Assembly (NCBI RefSeq): GCF_009914755.1
Contig: NC_060943.1
Direction: 5' to 3' (one strand)
From: the human T2T-CHM13v2.0 reference genome, Homo sapiens
DNA length: 64,000 nt
Shown here: piece by piece, positions 14,291-27,200 of the stretch
Position numbering within the stretch: the first letter of the stretch is position 1
Layout of the letters: each line of letters begins with the position of its first letter
Position numbers and translations under genes: made by a program
The notes under the pieces: generated by a model
Told to the model about the DNA's origin: nothing
Databases searched by the model: none
What the model saw: only the letters and a program-made list of their open reading frames with translations

Positions 14291-14781
14291 GCTGTTTTCA
14301 TTAGGGGTTATGCTAGGTATTCATAGTTGTCTTCACTGGGACCAGCCCAGGTGTTCACATCCATGCTCTTTTAGGCCAGCTAAAGAATTAGAACCATCCT
14401 CACTGGGGCCAGCCTGGGAGGTCACAGCCATCTACCTAGATGCCAGCCCAAATGTTCATAGCCATCCTTATCTGGGTTAGTGTTCACAACGGTCATTATT
14501 GGGCCAGCCCAGGTGTTAATAGCTGTCCTCATTGGGCCCAGCTTAGGTGTCCAGAGACTGTTTAATAGTGGCCAGACCAGGTGCTCACAGCCATCCTCAT
14601 GAAAGCCAGCCAGGTGTTAATAGCTATCCTCACTGGGCCTCACCCAGGTGTTCCTAGCTGTCTTCATCAGGACCAGCCTAGGTGTTCATAGCTATTTTCA
14701 TCTGAGCCTGCTCAGGTGTTCACAGTGATCCTCAACTGAGACACCTGAGGTGTTAACAGCCATCCTCATTGGGTCCAGCCT
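14291..14781 (+). repeat. Satellite segment inserted in the L1 5'UTR; inverted copy of 12254-12744
   Basis: Reverse complement aligns ungapped to 12254-12744 with 7 mismatches in 491 bp (manual count); L1 5'UTR resumes at gcctggttcagtggg. Confidence 0.95.
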
Positions 14782-15459
14782 GGTTCAGTGGGTTCTACCC
14801 CAACAGAGCTCAACAAGCTAAGATCCACTGGCTTGAAATTCTCACTGCTCCACAGCAGTTTGAGGTCAACCTGGGATGCTTGAGCTTAGTGGGGGGAGGG
14901 GCATCCATCATTGCTGAGGCTTGAGTAGGCGGTTTTACCCTCACAGTGTAAACAAAGCTGCCGGGAAGTTCAAACTGGGCGGAGCCCACTGCAGCTCCCT
15001 GGGACAAAACACCTGTGGGAAGACTGTGGGTACAGCTTCAACCGACTTAAACGTCCCTGCCTGACAGCTCTGAAGAAAGCAGCAGTTCTCCCAGTACAGC
15101 GTTCAAGCTCTGATAAGGGACAGACTGCCTCCTCAAGTGGGTCCCTGACCTCCAATGTGTCCAGACTGGGAGATACCTCCCAGTAGGGGCTGACAGACAC
15201 CTCATACAGGAGCGCTCTAACTGATATCTAGGGGGTGCCCCTCTGGGATGAAGCTTCCAGAGGTAGGAACAGGGAGCAATCTTTGTTCTGCAGCCTCCAC
15301 TGGTGATACCCAGGAAAACAGAGTCTGGAGTGGACCTCTGGCAAACTCCAACAGACCTGCAGCAGAGGGGCCTGACTGTTAGAAGGAAAACTAACAAACA
15401 GAAAGGAATAATATCAACATCAACAACATCAAAGACGAAAGGTAGATAAATCCACGAAG

Positions 15460-16484
15460 ATGACGAGAAACCAACACAAAAAGGCTGAAAATTCCAAAAA
15501 CCAGAACGCCTCTTCTCCTCCAAAGTATCATAACTCCTCACCAGCAAGGGAACAAAACTGGACAAATAATAAGTTTGACGAATTGACAGAAGTAGGCTTC
15601 AGAAGGTGGTTAATAATAAACTCCTTTGAGCTAAAGAAGCATGTTCTAACCCAATGCAAAGAAGCTAAGAACCTGGATAAAAGTTTGGATGAGTTGCTAA
15701 CTAGAATAACCAGCTTACAGAAGAACATAAATGACCTGATGGAGCTGAAAAACACAGCACAAAAACTTCTTGAAGCATACACAAGTATCAGTAGCTGAAC
15801 TGATCAAGTGGAAGAAAGGATATCAGAGATTGAAGATCAACTCAATGAAATAAAGTTAGAAGACAAGATTAGAGAAAAAAGAGTGAAAAGAAATGAACAA
15901 AGACTCCAAGAAATATGGACAATGTGCAAAGACCAAATCTACATTTGATTGGTGCACCTGAAAGTGACGAGGAGAATGGAACCAAGTTGGAAAACACTCT
16001 TCAGGATATTATCCAGGAGAACTTCCTCAACCTAGCAAGGCAGACCAACATTCAAATTCAGGAAATACGGAGAACACCACAAAGATATTCCTCGAAAAGA
16101 GCAGCCCCAAGACACATAATTGTCAGGTTCACCAAGGTTGAAATGAAGAAAAAAATGTTAAAGGCAACCTGAGAGAAAGGTTGAGTTACCCACAAAGGGA
16201 TGCCAATCAGACTAACAGCTGATCTGTTGGCAGAAACCCTACAAGCCAGAAGACAGTGAGGGGAAAATTTTCAACATTCTTAAAGAAAAGAATTTTCAAC
16301 TGAGAATTTCATATCCAGCCAAACTAAGCTCCGTAAGTGAAGGAGAAATAAAATCCTTTCAGACAAGCAAATGCTGAGAGATTTTGTCACCACCAGGCCT
16401 GCCTTACAAGAGCTCCTGAAGGAAGCACTAAACATGGAAAAGAACAACCGGTACCAGCCACTGCAAAAACATACCAAATTGTAA
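15460..16484 (+). pseudogene. L1 ORF1p remnant (stops/frameshifts)
   Basis: ORF-track pieces MTRNQHKKAENSKNQ... and ...ENGTKLENTLQDIIQENF...; broken into fragments. Confidence 0.9.
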
Positions 16485-16547
16485 AAAGCATCAACACTAT
16501 GAAGAAACTTCATCAACTAGTGGGCAAAATAACCAGCTAGCATCATA

Positions 16548-17583
16548 ATGACAGGACCAAATTCACACATAACAATATTAACCTTAAATGTAAATGGGCC
16601 AAATGCCCAAAGACACGGACTGGGAAATTGAATAAAGAGGCAAGACCAATTGGTGTGCCCATCTCACATGCAAAGACACAAATAGGCTCAAAATAAAGGA
16701 ATGGAGGAAGATTTACCAAGAAAATGGAAGGAAAAAAAAATTAAGGGTTGCAATCCTAGTCTCTGATAAAACAGACCGTAAACCAACAAAGATCAAAAAA
16801 TACAAAGAAGGGCATTACATAATGGTAAAGAGATCAATGCAGCAAGAAGAGCTAACTATCCTAAATATATATGCACCCAATACAGGAGCACCCAGATTCA
16901 TAAAGCAAGTTCTTAAAGACCTACAAAAAGCTGGAGAGGATGTGGAGAAATAGGAATACTTTTACACTGTTGGTGGGACTATAAACTAGTTCAACCATTG
17001 TGGAAGTCAGTGTGGCGATTCCTCAGGGATCTAGAACTAGAAATACCATTTGACCCAGCCATCCCATTACTGGGTATATACCCAAAGGACTATAAATCAT
17101 GCTGCTGTAAAGACACATGCACATGTATGTTTATTGCGGCATTATTCACAATAGCAAAGACTTGGAACCAACCCAAATGTCCAACAATTATAGACTGGAT
17201 GAAGAAAATGTGGCACGTATACACCATGGAATACTATGCAGCCATAAAAAATGATGAGTTCATGTCCTTTGTAGGGACATGGATGAAATTGGAAACCATC
17301 ATTCTCAGTAAACTATCGCAAGAACAAAAAACCAAACACCGCATATTCTCACTCATAGGTGGGAATTGAACAATGAGATCACATGGACACAGGAAGGGGA
17401 ACATCACACTCTGGGGACTGTTGTGGGGTGGGGAGAGGGGGGAGGGATAGCATTGGGAGATATACCTAATGCTAGATGACGAGTTAGGGGGTGCAGCACA
17501 CCAGCATGGCACATGTATACATATGTAACTAACCTGCACAATGTGCACATGTACCCTAAAACTTAAAGTATAATAATAAAAAA

Positions 17584-17614
<31 letters not shown>

Positions 17615-20600
17615 AAAAGACCTACAAAGAGACTTAGACGTCTGCAAAATAATAGTGGGAGACTTTTACACCCCACTGTCAATATTGGACATATTAACGA
17701 GACAGAAAATTAGCAAGGATATTCAGGACTTGAACTCAGCTCTGGACCAAGTGGACCTAATAGACATCTGCAGAACTCTCCACTCGAAATCAACAGAATA
17801 TACATTTTTTTCAGCACCAAATCACACTTATTCTAAAATTGACCAAGTAATTGGAAGTAAAACACTCCTCAGCAAATGCAAAAGAATGGAAATCATAACA
17901 GTCTCTCAGACCACAGTGCAATCAAATTAAAACTCAGGATTAAGAAATTCACTCAAAACCACACAACTACATGGAAACTGAACAACCTGCTCCTGAATGA
18001 CTACTGGGTAAATAATGAAATGAAGGCAGAAATAAAGATGTTCTTTGAAACCAATGAGAATAAGACACAACATACCAGAATCTCTGGGACACATTTAAAG
18101 CAGTGTGTGAGGGAAATTTATAGCACTAAATGCCCACAAGAAAAAGCAGGAAAGATCTGAAATTGTCACCCTAACGTCAAAATTAAAAGAAGTAGACAAG
18201 CAAGCGCAAACAATTTCAAAAGCTAGTAGAGGACAAGAAATAACTAAGATCAGAGCAGAACTGAAGGAGATAGATACACGAAAAACCCTTCAAAAAATCA
18301 ACGAATCCAGGAGCTGGTTTTTTGAAAAGATCAACAAAATACAGAGACTGCTAAGCAGACTAATAAAGAAGAAAAGAGAGAAGAATCAAATAGATGCAAT
18401 AAAAAATGATAAATGAGATATCACCACCAATCTGACAAAAATACAAACTACCATCAGAGAATACTATAAACACCTCTATGCGAAAAACTAGAAAATCTAG
18501 AAGAAATGGATAAATTCCTGGACACATACACCCTCCCAAGACTAAACCAGGAAGAAGTAGAATCCCTGAATAGATCAATAACAAGTTCTGAAATTGAGGC
18601 AGTAATTAACAGCCTACCAACCAAAAAAAAGCCCAGGACCAGATGGATTCACAGCCGAATTCTACCAAGGGTACAAAGAGGAGCTAGTACCATTGCTTCT
18701 GAAACTATTCCACACAATAGAAAAAGAAGGAATCCTCCCTAAACTCATTTTATGAGGCCAGCATCATCCTGATACCAAAACCTGGCAGAGATACAACAAA
18801 AATAAAGGAAAATTTCAGGCCCATATCCTTGATGAACATCAATGCGAAAATCCTCAATCAAATATTGGCAAACCCAATTCAGCAGCACATCAAAAAGGTT
18901 ATCCACCATGATCAAGTGGGCTTCATCCCTGGGATACAAAGCTGGTTCAACATATGCAAATCAATAAACGTAATCCATCACATAAACAGAACTAATTACA
19001 AAAACCACATAATTATCTCAATAGATGCAGAAAAGGCCTTTGACAAAATTCAACAGCCCTTCATGCTAAAAACTCTCAATAAACTAGGTATTGATGGAAA
19101 GTATCTCAAAATAATAAGAGCTATTTATGACAAACCTACAGCTAATATCATACTGAATAGGCAAAAACTGGAAGCATTCCCTTTGAAAACTGACACAAGA
19201 CAAGGACGCCCTCTCTCACTTCTCCTTTTCAACATAGTATTGGAATTTCTGGCCAGGGCAGTCAGACAAGAGAAAGAAATAAAGGGTATTCAAACAGGAA
19301 GAGAGGAAGCATATTATCTCTGTTTGCAGATGACATGATTGTATATTTAGAAAACCCCATTGTCTCAGCCCAAATCTCCTTAAGCTGATAAGCAACTTCA
19401 GCAAAGTCTCAGGATACAAAATCAATGTGCAAAAATCACAAACACTCCTATACACAAATAACAGACAAACAGAGAGCCAAATCATGAGTGAATTCCAGTT
19501 CACAATTGCTACAAAGAGAATAAAAAACCTAGGAATACAACTTACAAGGGATGTGAAGGACCTCTTCAAGGAGAACTACAAACCACTGCTCAAGGAAATA
19601 AAAGAGGACACAAACAAATGGAAAATCATTCCATGCTCATGGATAAGAAGAAACAATATCGTGAAAATGTCCATCCTGCCCAAAATAATTTATAGATTTA
19701 ATGCTATCTCCATCAAACTACCATTGACTTTCTTCACAGAATTGGAAAAAAACTACTTTAAACTTCATATGGAACCAAAACAGAGCCCACATAGCTAAGA
19801 CAATTCTAAGCAAAAACAACAAAACTGGAGGCATCATCCTACCTGACTTTATACTACAAGGCTACAGTAACCAAAAGAGCATGGTACTGGTACCAAAACA
19901 GATATATAGACCAATGGAACAAAACAGAGGCCTCAAAAATAACACCACACATCTACAACCATCTGATCTTTGAAAAATCTGACAAAAACAAGCAATGGGG
20001 AAAGAATTCCCTATTTAATAGATGGTGTTGGGAACACTGGAATGCAGAAAGCTGAAACTGGATCCCTTCCTTACACCTTATACAAAAATTTATTCAAGAT
20101 GGATTAAAGACTTAAACATAAAACCTAAAACCATAAAAACCCTCGAAGAAAACCTGGCCAGTACCTTTCAGGACACAGGCATTGGCAAAGCCTTCATGAC
20201 TAAAACACCAAGGGCAATGGCAACTAAAGCCAAAATTGACGAATAGAATCTAATTAAACTAAAGAGCTTCTGCACAGCAAATGAAACTATCATCAGAGTG
20301 AACAGGAAACTTACAGAATGGGAGAAAATTTTTGAAATCTATCCATCTGACAAAGGACTCATATCCAGAATTTACAAATAACTTAAATTTACAAGAAAAA
20401 AAACAAACATCCTCATCAAAAAGTGGGCAAAGGATATGAACAGGCATTTCTCAAAAGAAGACATTTATGCAGCCAACAAACATGAAAAAATGCTCATCAT
20501 CAATGGTCATTAGAGAAATGCAAATCAAAACCACAATGGGATATCATCTTGTGCCAGTTAGAATGGCGATCGTTAAAAAGTCAGGAAACAACAGATGCTG

Positions 20601-21046
20601 GAGAGGATGTGGAGAAATAGGAATGCTTTTACACTGTTAGTGGGAGTGTAAATTAGTTCAACCATTGTGGAAGACAATCTTTGTTGTTCTGCAGCCTCCA
20701 CTGGTGGCCATTCCTCAAGGATCTAGAACTAGAAATACCATTTGACCCAGCCATCCCATTACTGGGTATATACCCAAAGGATTATAACTCATTCTACTGT
20801 AAAGACACATGCACATGTATGTTTATTGCAGCACTGTTCACAATAGCAAAGACTTGAAACCAACCCAAATGCCCATCAATGATAGACTGGATAAAGAAAA
20901 TGTGGCACATATACACTGTGGAATACTATACAGCCATAAAAAGGGTGAGTTCATGTCCTTTGCAGGGACATGGATAAAGCTGGAAACCATCATTCTCAGC
21001 AAACTAACACAAGAACAAAAAACCAAATACTGCAAGTGGGAATTGA
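16548..21046 (+). pseudogene. L1 ORF2p remnant (EN/RT), fragmented and interrupted by a nested L1
   Basis: Fragments such as [23 protein letters not shown] and a frameshifted FADD motif near 19322-19337. Confidence 0.9.
16931..17615 (+). mobile_element. 5'-truncated young L1 (L1PA2-like) nested in ORF2 of the older L1
   Basis: 3'UTR variants attgggagatatacctaatgctagatgacgag and gagatcacatgg; (TAAA)n tail; TSD aaagacctacaaa(a/g)ag at 16915-16930 and 17616-17631. Confidence 0.9.
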
Positions 21047-21246
21047 ACAACAAGAACACATGGACACAGGGAGGGGAACATTATGCACTGAGGCCTGTGG
21101 GGGGGTGGGGGGTGAGGGGAGGGATAGCATTAGGTGAAATACCTAATGTAGATGACAGGTTGATGGGTACAGCACATTCTGCACATGTACCCCAGAACTT
21201 AAAACAAACAAACAAATGAATAAACAAACAAAAAAAAACTGGGTTG

Positions 21247-24200
21247 GACACAAGGAGGATGGCTGAGAACACCTGAGCTGGCCCTGATGAGAATGGATGT
21301 GATCACCTGGGCTGCCCTGATGAGGGTGGCCCTACGATATTGGCTGCACCCATTGAGCATGAATGTGAACACCTAGGTTGTCCCTGACAAGGACCACAGT
21401 GAACACCTAAGCTGCCCCCGATAAGGAAAGCCTGGTCTGGCCCCCATGAGGAAGGCTTTGATCACCTAGGAAAGGCACAATAGGATGGTTGTGAACACCT
21501 GAAGTTGCCCTGAGATGGACCTCTATACAACTATGTTTATAGTCATGAAAACATGTGAACTATAAACATGTGAACTGGGTCAGAGAAGTATCACGGTGAA
21601 CACTTAGGCTGGACCCAGTGAGGAGAGCTATGAACCCCTGGCCTGGCACAATGAGAATGTCTATGAAAACCTGGGCTTTGCCCAGAGAGGACGGCTGTGA
21701 AAACCTGGATTGACCCCTAAGAAGAGGCTTGGAACATGTTGGCTGGCCTGCTTGAAGGCGGCTATGATACCTTGGCCAGCCCTAATTTCCATAGCTGTGA
21801 ACAGGAGGACTGGCCCTGATGAGGATGGCTATGAACATTTGGGATGGTGATAATGTGGATTGTTGTGATGGGCTGAGCTGGCTCAAGTGAGGACCACTGT
21901 GAACACCTGCAAAGGCCCAGATAAGAACAGCTATGAAAACCTGGGATGCTCCCAGTGGAGACAGCTATGAACACCTGGGCTGGGCTGAGTGTGGACAACA
22001 GTGAAGACCTGGGTTAGCTCAGATGAGGACAGCTATGAATACCCTGCCAGGCCCCGATGAGGGTGACCTTAATACCTTGATTGACACCAGTGATCCACAT
22101 TAGGACAGCTGTGAACACTTGTGCTGGACCCAATAACTACATCAGTGAACATTTCTTGGGGCTGGACCAGATGAGGACAATTGTGGACACCTGGGCTGGG
22201 CTCAAAAGAATAACTGTATATTAGGGCTGGGTATAACAAAGACAGCTTTGAACATGTGGGCTGTACCCTATGAGGAGAGCTTTGAACACCTGGACTGACA
22301 CCTATTAGAATAGCTGTGAATACCTCCACTGGGACTAGGTCTCTATATGAACTACTTTGTACACCTGTCCTGGCCCAATGAAAATAGCACTAAACATTTA
22401 CATTGGCCCTCATGAAGAGATCTTTGAACACCTGGGCTTTCTCTGATGATGATGGCTGTGAACACCTGGGCCATCCTCACTGGGCACAGCCAAGTTTTTC
22501 ATAGCTGTCCTAACTGAACCCAGCCTAGGTGTTCACAGCTGTCATCATTGGGTGTAACCTGGGTGTTCACATCTACCCTTATTTGGGCCTAGCCCAGGTA
22601 TTCTAGGTTTCCTCATTGGGCCCAGCACAAACATACACAACTATGGTTGTGGGCCCAGCCCTGGTATTCATAGCCATTGACATCGGGGCCAGCCCAGGTG
22701 TACATGACCATTCTTTCCAGGGCCAGCTAAGGTGTTCATGGCTGTCCTCATGGGGCCAGCCCAGGTGTTCACAGCTGTTCTCATAGGTCCTATCCCAAGT
22801 ATTCACTGCTGTTCTAATGCGGCCTAGTCCAGGTGTTCACTGCTGCCCTCATTGTACCCAGCCCACATGATCACAGATGTCCTAATAGGGCCCAGCCCAG
22901 GTATTCACTCTAAAACCTGGCCAGGGCCCAATGAGGACAGCTGTGTTCATCTAGGCTGGGCCCCATGAAGGCAGCCTGGAACCCCTGGCTTGACCCAGGG
23001 AGGATTGCTGTGAACACCTGGGCTGCCCCAATGAGGGTGGCTATACTATAGGTTGGCTGGCCCCAAAGATCATGGCTGTGAACACATTGGCTGATCCTGA
23101 TGGGGATGGCTATGAACACCTGGGCTCAGCCCAATGAAGATGACGACAAACACCTTGGCTGGCCCCAATGAGAATGACAATGAACAATTTCCTGGGCCAA
23201 AGGAGGACAGCTGTGAACACATGAGGTTGGCCCAATGTGGACAGGAGTGAATACCTGGTTGTCCTAGATGGGGACAGCTGTGAACACCTAGGCTTGCCCA
23301 CATTAGGACAGCTATGAACACCTGGGATGGGCCCAGTGACACTAGCAGTGAATTCCTCAGCTGGATTTGACAAGGATGGTTATCAACACCTGGACTGGCC
23401 CCAACCTAGATGGCTATGAACACCTGGGCATGGCCCAAAAGCTTAACTGAGTACATCTGGCCTGGGCACAATGAGGAAAACTTTGAAACATCTGGGCTGG
23501 TCCCTGTGAGGACAGATTTGAACATTTGGACTTACCCTGATGAGGACAGCTGTGAATACTTTGACTGGCCCTGAAGAGAACAGCCATGAACACCTGGCCT
23601 GGGCCCAAGGAGAACAGCTATGAGAAAACCTGTGACTGGCCAAGAAAGGACCACTGTGAACACCTTGCCTGGTTTCACTGAGGGTGGTATCCTATTTGGG
23701 CTGGCCCCAATTAGCATGAGTGTGAACAAATTGGCTGGCTCCACTAAGAATTGCTATGAACATCTGAGCTGGTGCTAATGTGGACAGCTGTAACCACCTG
23801 GATTGGCCCCACTGAGGACCAAATGTACATTTATCCTTTTGGGCCCAGCCCAAGTGTTCATAGCCACCTAAGCTGAGGCTACCCCAGGTGTTCATAACCA
23901 TCCTCATCAGGTCCAGCCCCTTGAGGTGTTCACTGCTATAGTCATTGGGTCCAGCCCAGGTGTTCATAGCCGTCCTAATGTGGACAGGCCCAGGTGTTCA
24001 CAGCTGTTCTCATCTGGGACAGCCAGGTATTCACTCCTATTCACATTGGGTCAACCTCAAGTGTTTACAGCTGTCCTCTTTGGACCCAGGAAATTGTTCA
24101 TTGCCATTCTCATTGGAGCTTCCCAGATATTCAAAGCCATTCTCATCAAGGCATATCTGGTTTTTAAAGCTGTCTGCATTGGCCCTGACAAAGTATTCAC

Positions 24201-27200
24201 AGCTTTTAAAATATTGGCCAGTGCAGGTGTTCACAGCTGTCCTCATTAGAGCCAGCACAGGTTCTTACAGCCATCCTCATCCGAGCCAGCCCAGGAATTT
24301 TCAGTCCTTCACATGGGGACCCAGTCCAGTGTTTAATAGTTGTCCTCACTGGGCTGAGCCCAGATGTTCACAGCCATCCAAATACTCATTAGGGCAAGTC
24401 CAGATGTTCAGGGCCATCCTATTCGGCCCTGCCCTGGTGTTCAGAGACATCCTCACTGGCCCAGCCCAGGTCTTCACAGTCGTTATCGTAGGGGACTTGT
24501 ACATGTGTTCATAGCTATCATCATTAGGTGTTTATAGTGGTTTTCATCTGGGTGAGTCCAGGTGTTCAGCACTATCCTATTGGGCCCAGTTCAGGTGTTC
24601 AGAACCATCCTCAAGATGGCTACCTTAGGTGTTCCCAGCTATACTTACCATGGCCAGCCTGGGTTTCCACAGTCATCCTTATCAGGAACACCCCTGGTGT
24701 TCACATCCATGCTCACTGGGCCTAGCCAAGGCATTAGTGCCATCTTCATCATTGAGGCCTGACCAGGTATTAGGGCAGTTTATTTTAGTGCCAGCCCAGG
24801 TATTCATAGCGATTCTTATCGGGACCAGCCAATGTGTTTACAGACCTCCTCATTGGGACCAGCCAAATTATTATAGCCACCCTGATCAAGGCCAGCCAAT
24901 TTGTTCACAGCCATTCTTCTCAGGGTCAGCCAACTTGTTTACAGCTGTCCAATGGGCAACCTAGGTGTTCACAGCTGTCCTCATTGTGCCCAGCCAAGAT
25001 TTTTATAGTTGCCCTGATTGGGCCCACCCCAGAAGGTCACAGCTATCATCATAAGACCCAGCTCAGATGTACACAGCTGTTCTCATTGGGCTCAGCCCAG
25101 GTGGGCCAGTGCCAATGAGTGTGACTATAATACCTTACCTGGACCCAATTAGCACGGGCAGGAACAAATTGGCTGATCCCAGTGAGGATGGCTATGAACA
25201 TCTGGGTTGGTGGCAGTGTGGAAAAATATGAATATCTTGGCTGGCCCCAAAGAGAACCACTGTAAACATCTGGGCAGGTCTAGAAGAGGAAAGCTCTGAA
25301 GACAGCCATGAACTCCTGGGCTGGCTATGATGAGGACAGTTGTGAACAACTGAGCTGGACCAAATTAGGACAGCTGTAGACACTCATGCTAGGCTCAGTG
25401 AGGACAGCAGTGAACACCTATGGTGGCCAGTGAGGTCAGATGTGAACACCTGGGCTGGCCCAATAAAGAAAATAATAAACACATAGGCTTGTTCCCATGA
25501 GGGCAGCTTTGAACACCTGAGCTGATCTTGTTGAGGACAACTGTGAACACATAGGCTAAGCCGTATAACGACAGCTATTAACACCTTGACTAGGCCCCTG
25601 TGAGAACCACTGTGCCACTGTGAACACCAGGGCTAGCGCCAATGAGGATGGCTATGAACACTTGGGCTGACCTTGATGATGACAACTGTGAATGGTACCA
25701 ACTTTGCTGGCACTGATGTGGACCACTGAAAACATGTCAGCTTGTAGTGATGACAGATGTGAATGCCTAGGCTGGGCCCATTAAAGAGATCAGTGAACAC
25801 CTAAGCTGACCCAGTGATGAAAGCTTTGAACACTTGGCCTGAGGCCAATCAGGATAGCTGTGATCACCTGAGTGATCGCAATGAGTACAAAGCTGCCCAA
25901 TGAGCACAGCTTTGAACAACTGGGTTGACCTTGATAAGGATGGCTGTGCATACCTGGGCTGGGCCCAGTAAGGCATCAATTAACACCTGGGCTTTGCCTA
26001 TATGAAGACAACTGTGAATACTTGTGCTGGCTCTCATGAGCGTGGCTGGGAACGCCTGAACTGGCTCTGATGAGGACGGCTACAATACCTTGGCTGGGCC
26101 CTGTGAGCATAGATGTGAACACTTGAGCAGGCCCTGATGAGGACCACTGTGAACATCTAGGCTGGCCCTGATTAGGAAAGGTGGAAACACCTGGGCTGGG
26201 CCCAGTGAGGATGACTGTGAACATTTAGGCTGTACCCAATGAGGATAGCTGTGAAGAACTGGCCTGGGTCCCATGAGGACAGGTAAGAATGCCTGGGCTT
26301 GGCCCTGTGAGGACAGCTTTGAACACCTGAGACAGCCCAGATGATGATGGCAGTGAACACCTTGGCTGGTCCCAGTGAGTGTTGCTATAATAGCTTGGCT
26401 ATACCCGATTAGCGTAAGTGGGAACATATAGGCTGGACCCAATGAGGATGGCTATGAACAACTTAGCTAGGCCCAATGAGGATGGCTGTCAACTCCTCAG
26501 CTGGCTCTGATGAGGACCACTGTGAACATTTGGGCAGGCCCAGATGAAAATAGCTATGAACACCTACGCTAGTCCTGATGAAGACAGCTAGGAACACCTG
26601 GGTGAGGCCCAGTGAGGACAGATATGAAACCTGGGCTTGCTCTCATGAGGATGGCTGTGAGCACCTGGTCTGGCCACTATTAAACAGTCTCTGAACACCT
26701 AAGCTGGGCCCAGTAAGGACAGCTATTAACATCTGTGCTGCCCAATGATGACAGCCGTGAACACTAAGCCAGATAAGGATGGCTAGGAACATTTGGGGTG
26801 GCATCAAGGTAGATGGCTGTGACCAGCCAGGCTGGCCCTGATAAGGATGGCTCTAATTCCTTGGCTGGCCCAAATGAGCATAGATGTGAACACCTGGGCT
26901 GGTCCCAATGAAGACAACTGTGAATACCTAGGATAGGCCCGATAAAAACAGCTGGGAACACCTGGGATGGCCTTCATTAGGATGTCTCCAACACCTGGAC
27001 TGGGCCCAATAGGATGGCTCTGAACACCTGGACTTGCCCTGATGGGAACCTCTGTAACCACAGTGCTGGGCCCAATGAGGACAGCTATTAACATCTGGTC
27101 TGAAAACTAGTGAAGAGTGCTCTGAACACTTAGGCTGGACCTGATGAGGATGGCTGTGAACACCTGACCTGACCTCAATGAGGGCAGCCATGTAAAACTC

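Larger units (their letters stand above)
13955..21233 (+). mobile_element. Full-length L1, L1PA7-like, inactivated, with three internal insertions
   Basis: 5' end ggggtagctggcaagatggccgaa; ORF1/ORF2 remnants; 3'UTR cctaatgtagatgacaggttgatggg; A-rich tail; 13-bp TSD aaaaactgggttg at 13942-13954 and 21234-21246. Confidence 0.95.

Noticed and set aside
9600-27100. Dozens of ORFs with recurring VFTAVLIGPSPGVHSCPHWAQPRCSQLSS motifs (up to 189 aa)
   Set aside because: This is the 34-aa translation of three 34-bp monomers; the consensus lacks stops on one strand, all frames give the same peptide, and indels are not frame-preserving.
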